From NCBI RefSeq assembly GCF_009914755.1, contig NC_060939.1: a DNA stretch of 64,000 bases. One strand, written 5' to 3'. A program made the position numbers and the translations under genes. Below, one piece after another: positions 7,775 to 20,290 of the stretch. The DNA comes from the human T2T-CHM13v2.0 reference genome, Homo sapiens. A model generated the notes under the pieces. It did not search any database. It saw nothing but the letters and a program-made list of their open reading frames with translations, and was not told the origin of the DNA. Numbering within the stretch: position 1 is the first letter of the stretch; every line of letters begins with the position of its first letter.

Positions 7775-10717
7775 CCTCACTCCTCCTTTCCATCAGTCAC
7801 CCCCAACTTTCCCAGGCTACACCTCGTAGGAAACTGTTCTCCTGCTTTGATTTCATGCGCCACCTTTGGGACAATCTAAGAACTTACAGGTTTTCTTGGC
7901 CAGATTTATTAGGAATTGTATGCACTGAAACACTGAAAACCAACTAGTGGTTCTGTGCTTCCCACGTTGTGGTTTTGACACCAGCAGCATCCTTGCCACA
8001 ATCAAACCCCGGAGATCCGCAGATCTGTGTTGTAACAAGACCTCCCCCTGACCCTGAAGCATGGCAGTTGAAGAAGTCTTTCCGTGTAAGCGAAAAGACT
8101 TTGAAGAAAAGGTGGAGATATGCGTTGTATAAACATTCTTTTGCTCTGGAACCACGTAGAGACTTGGGAGCCAGTTGGGTGGAGCATTCGTTGGATGAGG
8201 GTGCTCGGGTTAGGAATATCAAGGTGTTTCTCCAGATAATCCAATCATCTAATTAAGATTCCAGTTATGCTCATCTGTTTTAAAATTCCGTTTGGGTAAA
8301 TTCTTTTAGTCAGACTGAGAATGGCAAAGCCTCAACCCCAATTTCCAGGGAGGGTGGAGAGCCTCAGGTGGAGTTGATCACCAATAGCCTATGGTTTAAC
8401 CCATCATGCCTATAGAATGAGGTCTCCATCAAAACCCAAAAGGACTGGGTTCAGAGAGCTTCTGGATAACACTTCCTGGAAGGTAGTGCACCCCTCCCCG
8501 CATGCCGGGCCCCACATTTATTTCTGAACTTTGTGCAATGTCCGCTAAAATACAACGGCAAATGTAAGTGTTTCCCTGCGTGCTGTGAGCTCTTCCAGCA
8601 AATGAATGCAACTAAATCTGGGAGTGGTGGCAACCTGATTTATAGCCAGTTGCTGAGAAGCACAGGTAAAACAACGTAGGGCTTCCCATTGTTGTTGGTG
8701 TGGGAGGCCTGTCTGGCGGGACTCGGCCCTTTGGAATCTAATGCTATGTCCCGGTAGATAGCGTCACCATTGAATTAGAAGACACACATATGTGGAGAAT
8801 AATCTTTCTGGTCATTTACTGCATGTCATATTTACAATATGTAATCAAATTCTTTATCCTGACCTTATGGCACCTGGGTTTAGGACCATGATTTGAACCA
8901 AACGTTGGTCTGTCACTTTCTGAGTTTGAAACTTTATTTTGCCTTTAGCGTTTTGCTATTGCTTTTTCGTTTTCTTTTGTTTCGTTTCGTTTCTAAGTTC
9001 TGGGGTATATGTGCAGGATGTGCAGATTTGTTACTAAGGTAAACGTGTGCCATGGTGGTTTGCTGCACCTGTCAACCCGTCACCTAGGTATTAAGCCCAG
9101 CATGCAGTAGCTGTTTTTCTTAACGCTCTGCCTCCCGAAAGGCCCCAGTGTGTGTTGTTCCCCTTCCTGTGTCCATGGGATCTCACTTTTCAGCTCCCAT
9201 TATAAGTGAGAAGGTGGCGTTTGGTTTTCTTTCCCTGGATTAGTTTGCTGACGATAATGACCACACATCACCACTGTTTTTGTTTTTTAGTATAAAGAGT
9301 AGTATTTTATTGAATAAGATTTGCTCACAGAAAAATAAGCTTAAATCTACAATGAATGCCAGACCCTACAGCAGAAAGCAATTTTCTCACTTTTCCACAC
9401 ACAATGGTTCCTACTAAGTGAAAAAAAAGCCATAAAATTTCATTCACAAATGTACTACTCTGTCTCAAAACATCTCACGTAATCATGCACTGTACTAAAG
9501 CCAACAGATCAGTTCTTCAGTCAGGTTAAAGAAGTATCCCTCTAATAACTGACTTTTATAATGCTATCAATATCCACTCCCAATCAGTCTGCCATTGTTA
9601 GTGGTGTACAGCATTACTGAATACAACGGAATTGATGACGCCCATATCCACAGACAAACCGTGACTTATGATGGTTTGATTTATGATTTTTCAACGTTAT
9701 GATGGGTTTATTGGAATATTAGATTCGTTTCTGAGTTACACTGGGTTTATGAGTATGCGACCCTACACTCCAGAAACAGCTGTACAAGGAAAAACAGGTG
9801 TACCTAATAAAAATATGCTTAGTGACTTGGGATAAACCAATAGAAGTTCACAAGTGATGGAGAGCCGTGAAAGAGAGATAGCGGTAAATAGTTACAATAA
9901 CACAATTTTCCTGCACCTGTCGAGGATTTCCCCCAAAAAACGCAGAATGTGGGATGCACCTAAGGCATATGAAAGAGAGAGGGCAGAAGGAGTAAGAGAG
10001 AAATAGGAGGAAGGAAGGAAGGAAGCAAGGAAGAAAGGAAGGTAGGAAAGAAGGAAGGTAGGACGGAAGGAAGGAAGGAAGGAAGGAAGGAAGGAAGGAA
10101 AGAAGGATGAAAGGAAGGAGAAAACACCGGTGTTACTAAAACCCCCCAAAAAAATGGTTTCCCCCTGTGGGTAAGCCTACAATGTGGATGAATCTTGAAA
10201 ATATTGTGCTACGTGTTATGTCAGTCATAGCAGCTCACCTATTGTGCAATTCCGTTTATAGGAAATGTCCACAATATGGAAATCTATGCATATGGGATTG
10301 ATCGCACTAGGTAGTTGCTACCTAGGGCTGAGGGTCAGGGAGAGGGTTTGAGACAGAATGAGGAGTGACTAATGTCTACAGGGTCTTTCTCTGGTCGGGG
10401 GTGATAAGACGTTTTACAATGGATTGCGAATTAAAATTGAATGTGCACAACCACAGGTATACTAAAAGCCACTCAATTCATGACCTTTAATGGGGGAATC
10501 TTACGTGGCGTAGTCTCATGGAGACCACGGCAGACATAGTGAGAGAGAAAAAGGTGAGTAAATATCTGAAACGGAGGCAGAAACAGAGAGAATGTAAAGC
10601 CCTGTGAATGGAAGGGAGAGCGAAAAGGGAAAATGGTCCTATTTACAAATGACAGATGTGAAACTGGGGTTCACATCAACAGTGTCACTGCCAGGAAGGA
10701 GGGTCATGCTAGCCATG

Positions 10718-13700
10718 TCACCGGTAGTGTGGCCCGCAGGGAGGCCGACCTGCTGGAGCGTCGTGCCAGCATGGGCTGTGGCAACCACGTGGGCCAGCAG
10801 GAGGTTCCCGCTGCACAGCTGTGGGGTGAGGATAGACTGGGTGGTGATATCGGCCATTACAGGGGCCTCTTCTGCTGGCAAGAGTGTGACAGTAGCAAGT
10901 AGATGGACAGGCCTGCGTGTGAGGACGGAATGCAGGAGGGGTTCTTGTGCGCCTGGGTGTGGGGCCCTCACGGGAACCATGGAGAAATGGCCAGGTAACT
11001 GCGTCATGTGGGCTAGTAGATTGGCCAGGGCTTCGAACTGAAGGACGATAACGGGGAGTAGCTGTCAGGCCCTGGGAGTGTCTGAGTGTAAGTGGAGATG
11101 GGTTTGGGGTCACTGAGGGATGCGTGGGAGCCATCCCTGTATAGGTACAGGTCATAGGGAGATAGTCTCGTGAGGCCTGTGAGTGTCTAGGGTTGTCCTG
11201 GGTGCCTGGGGCTGACTGTGGCAGAAATCTGGGGAAGGCTGGAGAGAAGCTGGGAGACCCAGGAGAGTCCCTGAAGGCAGGGGGTGAAGAGGTGAAAGAA
11301 ATGGGGGAGGGTTGCAGTAAGGTCCGTGAGTTTGTAGGTGATTCCTGGGTGCGGGAAGCTGACTCCAGGTGAAATCTGGAGATGGTTGGAGAGTAGCTGA
11401 GAGAGACAGAAGAGTCCCTGAGGGCTGGGGGTGAGAACATGAGGGAGACGGGGGAGTAAGTCAGTGAAATTCGTGAGTTCGGTGGTGTATCGTGGGTGCC
11501 TGGAACTGACTCCAGCTGGAATCTAGAGAAGTTTTGAGAGTAGCTGAAGGAGACACAAGAGTCCCTGTGGGCTGAGGGCAAAGACCTGAGACAGACCAGG
11601 GAGGACCTCAGTGAAGTCTGTGAGTCTGTAGGTGATTCCGGAGTGTGGGAGGCTGACTCCCGCTGAAATCTGGGCGTGGTGGGAGAGTAGCTGGGACAGA
11701 CAGGAGAGTCCCAGGGGGCTGGGGGTGAAGACGTGAGAGAGACTGGGGAGTAACTCAGTGAAATTGCTGAGTTGGTTGGTGATACCTGGGTGCCTGGAAC
11801 TGACCCCCGCTGAAATCTGGGCATGGTTGGAGAGTAGCTGGGACACACAGGAGAGTCCCTGAGGGCTGGGGGTGAAGACATGAGCGAGACCGGGGAGTAA
11901 CTGAGTGAAACTGGTGAGTTTGGTGGTGACTCCGGGGTGCCTGGAACTGACTCCAGCTGAAATGTGGGCGTGGTTGGAGAGTAGCTGGGACAGACAGGAG
12001 AGTCCCTGAGGACTGGTGAAGACATGAGAGAGACTGGAGAGTAATTGAGTGAAATTGGTGAGTTTGGTGGTGATTCCTGGGTGCCTGGAACTGACTCCCG
12101 CTGAAGTGTGGGCGTGGTTGGAGAGTAGCTGGGACACACAGGAGAGTCCCTGAGGGTTGGAGATAAAGACGTGCTAGAGACTGAGGAGTAACTGAGTGAA
12201 ATTGGTGAGTTTGGTGGTGATTCCGGGGTGCCTGGAACGGACTCCAGCTGAAATGTGGGCGTGGTTGGAGAGTAGCTGGGACAGACGGGAGAGTCCCTGA
12301 GGGATGGTGAAGACATGAGAGAGACTGGGGAGTAACGCAGTGAAATTGGTGAGTTTGGTGGTGATTTCTGGGTGCCTGCAACGGACTGCCGCTGAAGTGT
12401 GGGCGTGCTTGGAGAGTAGCTGGGACAGACAGGCGAGTCCCTGAGGGTTGGAGATAAAGACGTGCTAGAGACTGAGGAGTAACTGAGTGAAATTGGTGAG
12501 TTTGGTGGTGATTCCGGGGTGCCTGGAACGGACTCCAGCTGAAATGTGGGCGTGGTTGGAGAGTAGCTGGGACAGACGGGAGAGTCCCTGAGGGATGGTG
12601 AAGACATGAGAGAGACTGGGGAGTAACGCAGTGAAATTGGTGAGTTTGGTGGTGATTTCTGGGTGCCTGCAACGGACTCCCGCTGAAGTGTGGGCGTGCT
12701 TGGAGAGTAGCTGGGACAGACAGGCGAGTCCCTGAGGGTTGGAGATAAAGACGTGCTGGAGACTGGGGAGTAACTCAGTGAAAGTGGGGGGCTTGGTGGT
12801 GATCCCAGGGTTCCTGGAACTGACCCGCGCTGAAATGTGGGCGTGGTTGGAGAGTAGCTGGGACAGACTGGAGGGTCCGTAAGGGCTGGGGGTGAAGACG
12901 TGAGAGAGACTGGCGAGGATCTCACTGAGGTCTGTGAGTTTGTAGGTGTTTCTGGGGTGTGGGGTACAGACTCCCGCTGAAATCTGGGCGTAGTTGGAGA
13001 GTAGCTGGGACAGACAGGAGAGTCATGGGTGGCTGGGGGTGAGCTGCTGGATGATGGCAGTAAGAACATATGGTACATTATTGATGAATGAGGTGACTGT
13101 GAAGAATCTCCAGAGGAGGACACGGGAGAACACAATGACATGAGTGACTGTCCTGCTTGGTTAGGAAAGGGAAACGTAAAGTTGTGGAATTCTGTTGATG
13201 ATGGATGTGAGAGTGGTGAAGCCCTGCGGGATGATGTAGAGGACTTCCACATCCCTGGTGAGGAGCTGCCCCTTGGGTCTGAGTTTCTGGGAGGGGAGAG
13301 GGAGAAGCTGGGTGAGGCAGGCATGAATCTTGAGGAGTCAGGGCTGGGGGACCGCTCATATTCTCCCGAGACCTGTGAGTCTCTGGGGGACTCCTGGGTG
13401 CATGGGGCTGACTCCCGCAGGAACCTGGGGATGGCTGGAGAGTAACTGGGAGCCACAGGAGGGTCCCTGAGGCCTGGGGGTGAAGAGATGCAAGACACAG
13501 GGGTGGAGCAGCGTGAGGCTCGTGAGTTTGTAGGTGATTCCTGGGTGTGGGGGGCTGACTCCAGCTGAAATCTGGGGTTGTTTGGAGAGTAGCTGGGAGA
13601 CACAGGAGACCCCCCGAGAGCTGGGGGTGAGCTGCTGGGTGATGGCAGTAAGAACATGTGGTATATTATTGATGAACGTGGGGACTCTGAGGAGTCCTCA

Positions 13701-13990
13701 GAGGAGGACACGGCAGAGCCCAATGGCTTCATTGATTGCCCATCACGGTGAGGACAGGGAAATGGGAGCTTGTGGGATTCTGGTGATGACAGAGGTGAGT
13801 GTGGTGAAGCCCTAGGGGATGGTGAATGGTAGTTCCGGATCCCTGGTGAGGAGCTTCCCCTTAAGCCTGAGTTTCTGAGAGGGGAGAGGGAGAAGCTGGG
13901 TGAGGCTCGCATGGACCTTGGGGTGTCCGTGATGGGGGACCGTTCATAAGAAGAGCCAGACAAGACCCTACTGTTCTTAGGTGCAGACAT
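10718..13990 (-). CDS. CTD-like repeat protein, long form (1090 aa), copy 3
   Basis: Intact ORF nearly identical to copy 2 (QRESV>QRQSV change visible). Confidence 0.65.
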   Translation of the reverse strand: MSAPKNSRVLSGSSYERSPITDTPRSMRASPSFSLSPLRNSGLRGSSSPGIRNYHSPSPRASPHSPLSSPESHKLPFPCPHRDGQSMKPLGSAVSSSEDSSESPRSSIIYHMFLLPSPSSSPPALGGSPVSPSYSPNNPRFQLESAPHTQESPTNSRASRCSTPVSCISSPPGLRDPPVAPSYSPAIPRFLRESAPCTQESPRDSQVSGEYERSPSPDSSRFMPASPSFSLSPPRNSDPRGSSSPGMWKSSTSSRRASPLSHPSSTEFHNFTFPFPNQAGQSLMSLCSPVSSSGDSSQSPHSSIMYHMFLLPSSSSSPPATHDSPVCPSYSPTTPRFQRESVPHTPETPTNSQTSVRSSPVSLTSSPPALTDPPVCPSYSPTTPTFQRGSVPGTLGSPPSPPLSLSYSPVSSTSLSPTLRDSPVCPSYSPSTPTLQRESVAGTQKSPPNSPISLRYSPVSLMSSPSLRDSPVCPSYSPTTPTFQLESVPGTPESPPNSPISLSYSSVSSTSLSPTLRDSPVCPSYSPSTPTLQRQSVAGTQKSPPNSPISLRYSPVSLMSSPSLRDSPVCPSYSPTTPTFQLESVPGTPESPPNSPISLSYSSVSSTSLSPTLRDSPVCPSYSPTTPTLQRESVPGTQESPPNSPISLNYSPVSLMSSPVLRDSPVCPSYSPTTPTFQLESVPGTPESPPNSPVSLSYSPVSLMSSPPALRDSPVCPSYSPTMPRFQRGSVPGTQVSPTNSAISLSYSPVSLTSSPPAPWDSPVCPSYSPTTPRFQRESASHTPESPTDSQTSLRSSLVCLRSLPSAHRDSCVSFSYSQNFSRFQLESVPGTHDTPPNSRISLTYSPVSLMFSPPALRDSSVSLSYSPTISRFHLESASRTQESPTNSRTLLQPSPISFTSSPPAFRDSPGSPSFSPAFPRFLPQSAPGTQDNPRHSQASRDYLPMTCTYTGMAPTHPSVTPNPSPLTLRHSQGLTATPRYRPSVRSPGQSTSPHDAVTWPFLHGSREGPTPRRTRTPPAFRPHTQACPSTCYCHTLASRRGPCNGRYHHPVYPHPTAVQREPPAGPRGCHSPCWHDAPAGRPPCGPHYR

Positions 13991-16900
13991 GATTAGGAAA
14001 CCTGCAGCTCCCAGGGGCCCCCACTAATGTTCTAACTCGCAGAAGGAAGGAGTGTGTGTGCGTGTGTGCGTGTGCGTGTGCGTGTGTGTGTTTGTGTGTG
14101 TGCGGTGTGAGGTATGGGCCCCTTAAAGAAATGGAAATCAACCAACCAATGGGACAGACAGACAGACAGACAGACAGAGATTCACTTGCCCAAGTGTTCT
14201 GTCCTGTCCTCTGAATCCGCTTTCAAGTCGCAAGACGCTGTGAGCTCCAAGTCCACGCAGAGTCCGCCAAACGCTCCGGCCGCTGATCCGCTCCGCGAAG
14301 ATCTGAGTACAGGCCAGCCAGGGTGGGTTTAAATAGCCTCGGGCGCAGCCTAGCAGCGGAAAGGGCGGAGCCTCACTCCTCCTTTCCATCAGTCACCCCC
14401 AACTTTCCCAGGCTACACCTCGTAGGAAACTGTTCTCCTGCTTTGATTTCATGCGCCACCTTTGGGACAATCTAAGAACTTACAGGTTTTCTTGGCCAGA
14501 TTTATTAGGAATTGTATGCACTGAAACACTGAAAACCAACTAGTGGTTCTGTGCTTCCCACGTTGTGGTTTTGACACCAGCAGCATCCTTGCCACAATCA
14601 AACCCCGGAGATCCGCAGATCTGTGTTGTAACAAGACCTCCCCCTGACCCTGAAGCATGGCAGTTGAAGAAGTCTTTCCGTGTAAGCGAAAAGACTTTGA
14701 AGAAAAGGTGGAGATATGCGTTGTATAAACATTCTTTTGCTCTGGAACCACGTAGAGACTTGGGAGCCAGTTGGGTGGAGCATTCGTTGGATGAGGGTGC
14801 TCGGGTTAGGAATATCAAGGTGTTTCTCCAGATAATCCAATCATCTAATTAAGATTCCAGTTATGCTCATCTGTTTTAAAATTCCGTTTGGGTAAATTCT
14901 TTTAGTCAGACTGAGAATGGCAAAGCCTCAACCCCAATTTCCAGGGAGGGTGGAGAGCCTCAGGTGGAGTTGATCACCAATAGCCTATGGTTTAACCCAT
15001 CATGCCTATAGAATGAGGTCTCCATCAAAACCCAAAAGGACTGGGTTCAGAGAGCTTCTGGATAACACTTCCTGGAAGGTAGTGCACCCCTCCCCGCATG
15101 CCGGGCCCCACATTTATTTCTGAACTTTGTGCAATGTCCGCTAAAATACAACGGCAAATGTAAGTGTTTCCCTGCGTGCTGTGAGCTCTTCCAGCAAATG
15201 AATGCAACTAAATCTGGGAGTGGTGGCAACCTGATTTATAGCCAGTTGCTGAGAAGCACAGGTAAAACAACGTAGGGCTTCCCATTGTTGTTGGTGTGGG
15301 AGGCCTGTCTGGCGGGACTCGGCCCTTTGGAATCTAATGCTATGTCCCGGTAGATAGCGTCACCATTGAATTAGAAGACACACATATGTGGAGAATAATC
15401 TTTCTGGTCATTTACTGCATGTCATATTTACAATATGTAATCAAATTCTTTATCCTGACCTTATGGCACCTGGGTTTAGGACCATGATTTGAACCAAACG
15501 TTGGTCTGTCACTTCCTGAGTTTGAAACTTTATTTTGCCTTTAGCGTTTTGCTATTGCTTTTTCGTTTTCTTTTGTTTCGTTTCGTTTCTAAGTTCTGGG
15601 GTATATGTGCAGGATGTGCAGATTTGTTACTAAGGTAAACGTGTGCCATGGTGGTTTGCTGCACCTGTCAACCCGTCACCTAGGTATTAAGCCCAGCATG
15701 CAGTAGCTGTTTTTCTTAACGCTCTGCCTCCCGAAAGGCCCCAGTGTGTGTTGTTCCCCTTCCTGTGTCCATGGGATCTCACTTTTCAGCTCCCATTATA
15801 AGTGAGAAGGTGGCGTTTGGTTTTCTTTCCCTGGATTAGTTTGCTGACGATAATGACCACACATCACCACTGTTTTTGTTTTTTAGTATAAAGAGTAGTA
15901 TTTTATTGAATAAGATTTGCTCACAGAAAAATAAGCTTAAATCTACAATGAATGCCAGACCCTACAGCAGAAAGCAATTTTCTCACTTTTCCACACACAA
16001 TGGTTCCTACTAAGTGAAAAAAAAGCCATAAAATTTCATTCACAAATGTACTACTCTGTCTCAAAACATCTCACGTAATCATGCACTGTACTAAAGCCAT
16101 CAGATCAGTTCTTCAGTCAGGTTAAAGAAGTATCCCTCTAATAACTGACTTTTATAATGCTATCAATATCCACTCTCAATCAGTCTGCCATTATTAGTGG
16201 TGTACAGCATTACTGAATACAACGGAATTGATGACGCCCATATCCACAGGCAAACCGTGACTTATGATGGTTTGATTTATGATTTTTCAACGCTATGATG
16301 GGTTTATTGGAATATTAGATTCGTTTCTGAGTTACACTGGGTTTATGAGTATGCGACCCTACACTCCAGAAACAGCTGTACAAGGAAAAACAGGTGTACC
16401 TAATAAAAATATGCTTAGTGACTTGGGATAAACCAATAGAAGTTCACAAGTGATGGAGAGCCGTGAAAGAGAGATAGCGGTAAATAGTTACAATAACACA
16501 ATTTTCCTGCACCTGTCGAGGATTTCCCCCAAAAAACGCAGAATGTGGGATGCACCTAAGGCATATGAAAGAGAGAGGGCGGAAGGAGTAAGAGAGAAAT
16601 AGGAGGAAGGAAGGAAGGAAGCAAGGAAGAAAGGAAGGAAGGAAAGAAGGAAGGTAGGACGGAAGGAAGGAAGGAAGGAAGGAAGGAAGGAAAGAAGGAT
16701 GAAAGGAAGGAGAAAACACCGGTGTTACTAAAACCCCCCAAAAAAATGGTTTCCCCCTGTGGGTAAGCCTACAATGTGGATGAATCTTGAAAATATTGTG
16801 CTACGTGTTATGTCAGTCATAGCAGCTCACCTATTGTGCAATTCCGTTTATAGGAAATGTCCACAATATGGAAATCTATGCATATGGGATTGATCGCACT

Positions 16901-17309
16901 AGGTAGTTGCTACCTAGGGCTGAGGGTCAGGGAGAGGGTTTGAGACAGAATGAGGAGTGACTAATGTCTACAGGGTCTTTCTCTGGTCGGGGGTGATAAG
17001 ACGTTTTACAATGGATTGCGAATTAAAATTGAATGTGCACAACCACAGGTATACTAAAAGCCACTCAATTCATGACCTTTAATGGGGGAATCTTACGTGG
17101 CGTAGTCTCATGGAGACCACGGCAGACATAGTGAGAGAGAAAAAGGTGAGTAAATATCTGAAACGGAGGCAGAAACAGAGAGAATGTAAAGCCCTGTGAA
17201 TGGAAGGGAGAGCGAAAAGGGAAAATGGTCCTATTTACAAATGACAGATGTGAAACTGGGGTTCACATCAACAGTGTCACTGCCAGGAAGGAGGGTCATG
17301 CTAGCCATG

Positions 17310-20290
17310 TCACCGGTAGTGTGGCCCGCAGGGACGCCGACCTGCTGGAGCGTCGTGCCAGCATGGGCTGTGGCAACCACGTGGGCCAGCAGGAGGTTCC
17401 CGCTGCACAGCTGTGGGGTGAGGATAGACTGGGTGGTGATATCGGCCATTACAGGGGCCTCTTCTGCTGGCAAGAGTGTGACAGTAGCAAGTAGATGGAC
17501 AGGCCTGCGTGTGAGGACGGAATGCAGGAGGGGTTCTTGTGCGCCTGGGTGTGGGGCCCTCACGGGAACCGTGGAGAAATGGCCAGGTAACTGCGTCATG
17601 TGGGCTAGTAGATTGGCCAGGGCTTCGAACTGAAGGACGATAATGGGGAGTAGCTGTCAGGCCCTGGGAGTGCCTGAGTGTAAGTGGAGATGGGTTTGGG
17701 GTCACTGAGGGATGCGTGGGAGCCATCCCTGTATAGGTACAGGTCATAGGGAGATAGTCTCGTGAGGCCTGTGAGTGTCTAGGGTTGTCCTGGGTGCCTG
17801 GGGCTGACTGTGGCAGAAATCTGGGGAAGGCTGGAGAGAAGCTGGGAGACCCAGGAGAGTCCCTGAAGGCAGGGGGTGAAGAGGTGAAAGAAATGGGGGA
17901 GGGTTGCAGTAAGGTCCGTGAGTTTGTAGGTGATTCCTGGGTGCGGGAAGCTGACTCCAGGTGAAATCTGGAGATGGTTGGAGAGTAGCTGAGAGAGACA
18001 GAAGAGTCCCTGAGGGCTGGGGGTGAGAACATGAGGGAGACGGGGGAGTAAGTCAGTGAAATTCGTGAGTTCGGTGGTGTATCGTGGGTGCCTGGAACTG
18101 ACTCCAGCTGGAATCTAGAGAAGTTTTGAGAGTAGCTGAAGGAGACACAAGAGTCCCTGTGGGCTGAGGGCAAAGACCTGAGACAGACCAGGGAGGACCT
18201 CAGTGAAGTCTGTGAGTCTGTAGGTGATTCCGGAGTGTGGGAGGCTGACTCCCGCTGAAATCTGGGCGTGGTGGGAGAGTAGCTGGGACAGACAGGAGAG
18301 TCCCAGGGGGCTGGGGGTGAAGACGTGAGAGAGACTGGGGAGTAACTCAGTGAAATTGCTGAGTTGGTTGGTGATACCTGGGTGCCTGGAACTGACCCCC
18401 GCTGAAATATGGGCATGGTTGGAGAGTAGCTGGGACACACAGGAGAGTCCCTGAGGGCTGGGGGTGAAGACATGAGCGAGACCGGGGAGTAACTGAGTGA
18501 AACTGGTGAGTTTGGTGGTGACTCCGGGGTGCCTGGAACTGACTCCAGCTGAAATGTGGGCGTGGTTGGAGAGTAGCTGGGACAGACAGGAGAGTCCCTG
18601 AGGACTGGTGAAGACATGAGAGAGACTGGAGAGTAATTGAGTGAAATTGGTGAGTTTGGTGGTGATTCCTGGGTGCCTGGAACTGACTCCCGCTGAAGTG
18701 TGGGCGTGGTTGGAGAGTAGCTGGGACACACAGGAGAGTCCCTGAGGGTTGGAGATAAAGACGTGCTAGAGACTGAGGAGTAACTGAGTGAAATTGGTGA
18801 GTTTGGTGGTGATTCCGGGGTGCCTGGAACGGACTCCAGCTGAAATGTGGGCGTGGTTGGAGAGTAGCTGGGACAGACGGGAGAGTCCCTGAGGGATGGT
18901 GAAGACATGAGAGAGACTGGGGAGTAACGCAGTGAAATTGGTGAGTTTGGTGGTGATTTCTGGGTGCCTGCAACGGACTCCCGCTGAAGTGTGGGCGTGC
19001 TTGGCGAGTAGCTGGGACAGACAGACGAGTCCCTGAGGGTTGGAGATAAAGACGTGCTGGAGACTGGGGAGTAACTCAGTGAAAGTGGTGGGCTTGGTGG
19101 TGATCCCAGGGTTCCTGGAACTGACCCGCGCTGAAATGTGGGCGTGGTTGGAGAGTAGCTGGGACAGACTGGAGGGTCCGTAAGGGCTGGGGGTGAAGAC
19201 GTGAGAGAGACTGGCGGGGATCTCACTGAGGTCTGTGAGTTTGTAGGTGTTTCTGGGGTGTGGGGTACAGACTCCCGCTGAAATCTGGGCGTAGTTGGAG
19301 AGTAGCTGGGACAGACAGGAGAGTCATGGGTGGCTGGGGGTGAGCTGCTGGATGATGGCAGTAAGAACATATGGTACATTATTGATGAATGAGGTGACTG
19401 TGAAGAATCTCCAGAGGAGGACACGGGAGAACACAATGACATGAGTGACTGTCCTGCTTGGTTAGGAAAGGGAAACGTAAAGTTGTGGAATTCTGTTGAT
19501 GATGGATGTGAGAGTGGTGAAGCCCTGCGGGATGATGTAGAGGACTTCCACATCCCTGGTGAGGAGCTGCCCCTTGGGTCTGAGTTTCTGGGAGGGGAGA
19601 GGGAGAAGCTGGGTGAGGCAGGCATGAATCTTGAGGAGTCAGGGCTGGGGGACCGCTCATATTCTCCCGAGACCTGTGAGTCTCTGGGGGACTCCTGGGT
19701 GCATGGGGCTGGCTCCCGCAGGAACCTGGGGATGGCTGGAGAGTAACTGGGAGCCACAGGAGGGTCCCTGAGGCCTGGGGGTGAAGAGATGCAAGACACA
19801 GGGGTGGAGCAGCGTGAGGCTCGTGAGTTTGTAGGTGATTCCTGGGTGTGGGGGGCTGACTCCAGCTGAAATCTGGGGTTGTTTGGAGAGTAGCTGGGAG
19901 ACACAGGAGACCCCCCGAGAGCTGGGGGTGAGCTGCTGGGTGATGGCAGTAAGAACATCTGGTATATTATTGATGAACGTGGGGACTCTGAGGAGTCCTC
20001 AGAGGAGGACACGGCAGAGCCCAATGGCTTCATTGATTGCCCATCACGGTGAGGACAGGGAAATGGGAGCTTGTGGGATTCTGGTGATGACAGAGGTGAG
20101 TGTGGTGAAGCCCTAGGGGATGGTGAATGGTAGTTCCGGATCCCTGGTGAGGAGCTTCCCCTTAAGCCTGAGTTTCTGAGAGGGGAGAGGGAGAAGCTGG
20201 GTGAGGCTCGCATGGACCTTGGGTGTCCGTGCTGGGGGACCGTTCATAAGAAGAGCCAGACAAGACCCTACTGTTCTTAGGTGCAGACAT
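17310..20290 (-). pseudogene. CTD-like repeat gene copy 4, short form, with a 1-bp deletion near codon 24; 967-aa ORF remains from the ATG at 20213
   Basis: ccttGGGtgtcc at about 20217-20228 versus ccttGGGGtgtcc in copies 1-3 puts the ATG at 20290 out of frame. Confidence 0.6.

Noticed and set aside
1-13990. Assembly artefact as the explanation for near-identical units
   Set aside because: Even the closest units differ by private SNVs (for example acaacatg at about 2240 versus acaatatg at about 8836, and accgtgg at about 4380 versus accatgg at about 10977), and structured subtypes exist. Single homopolymer indels still need read validation.
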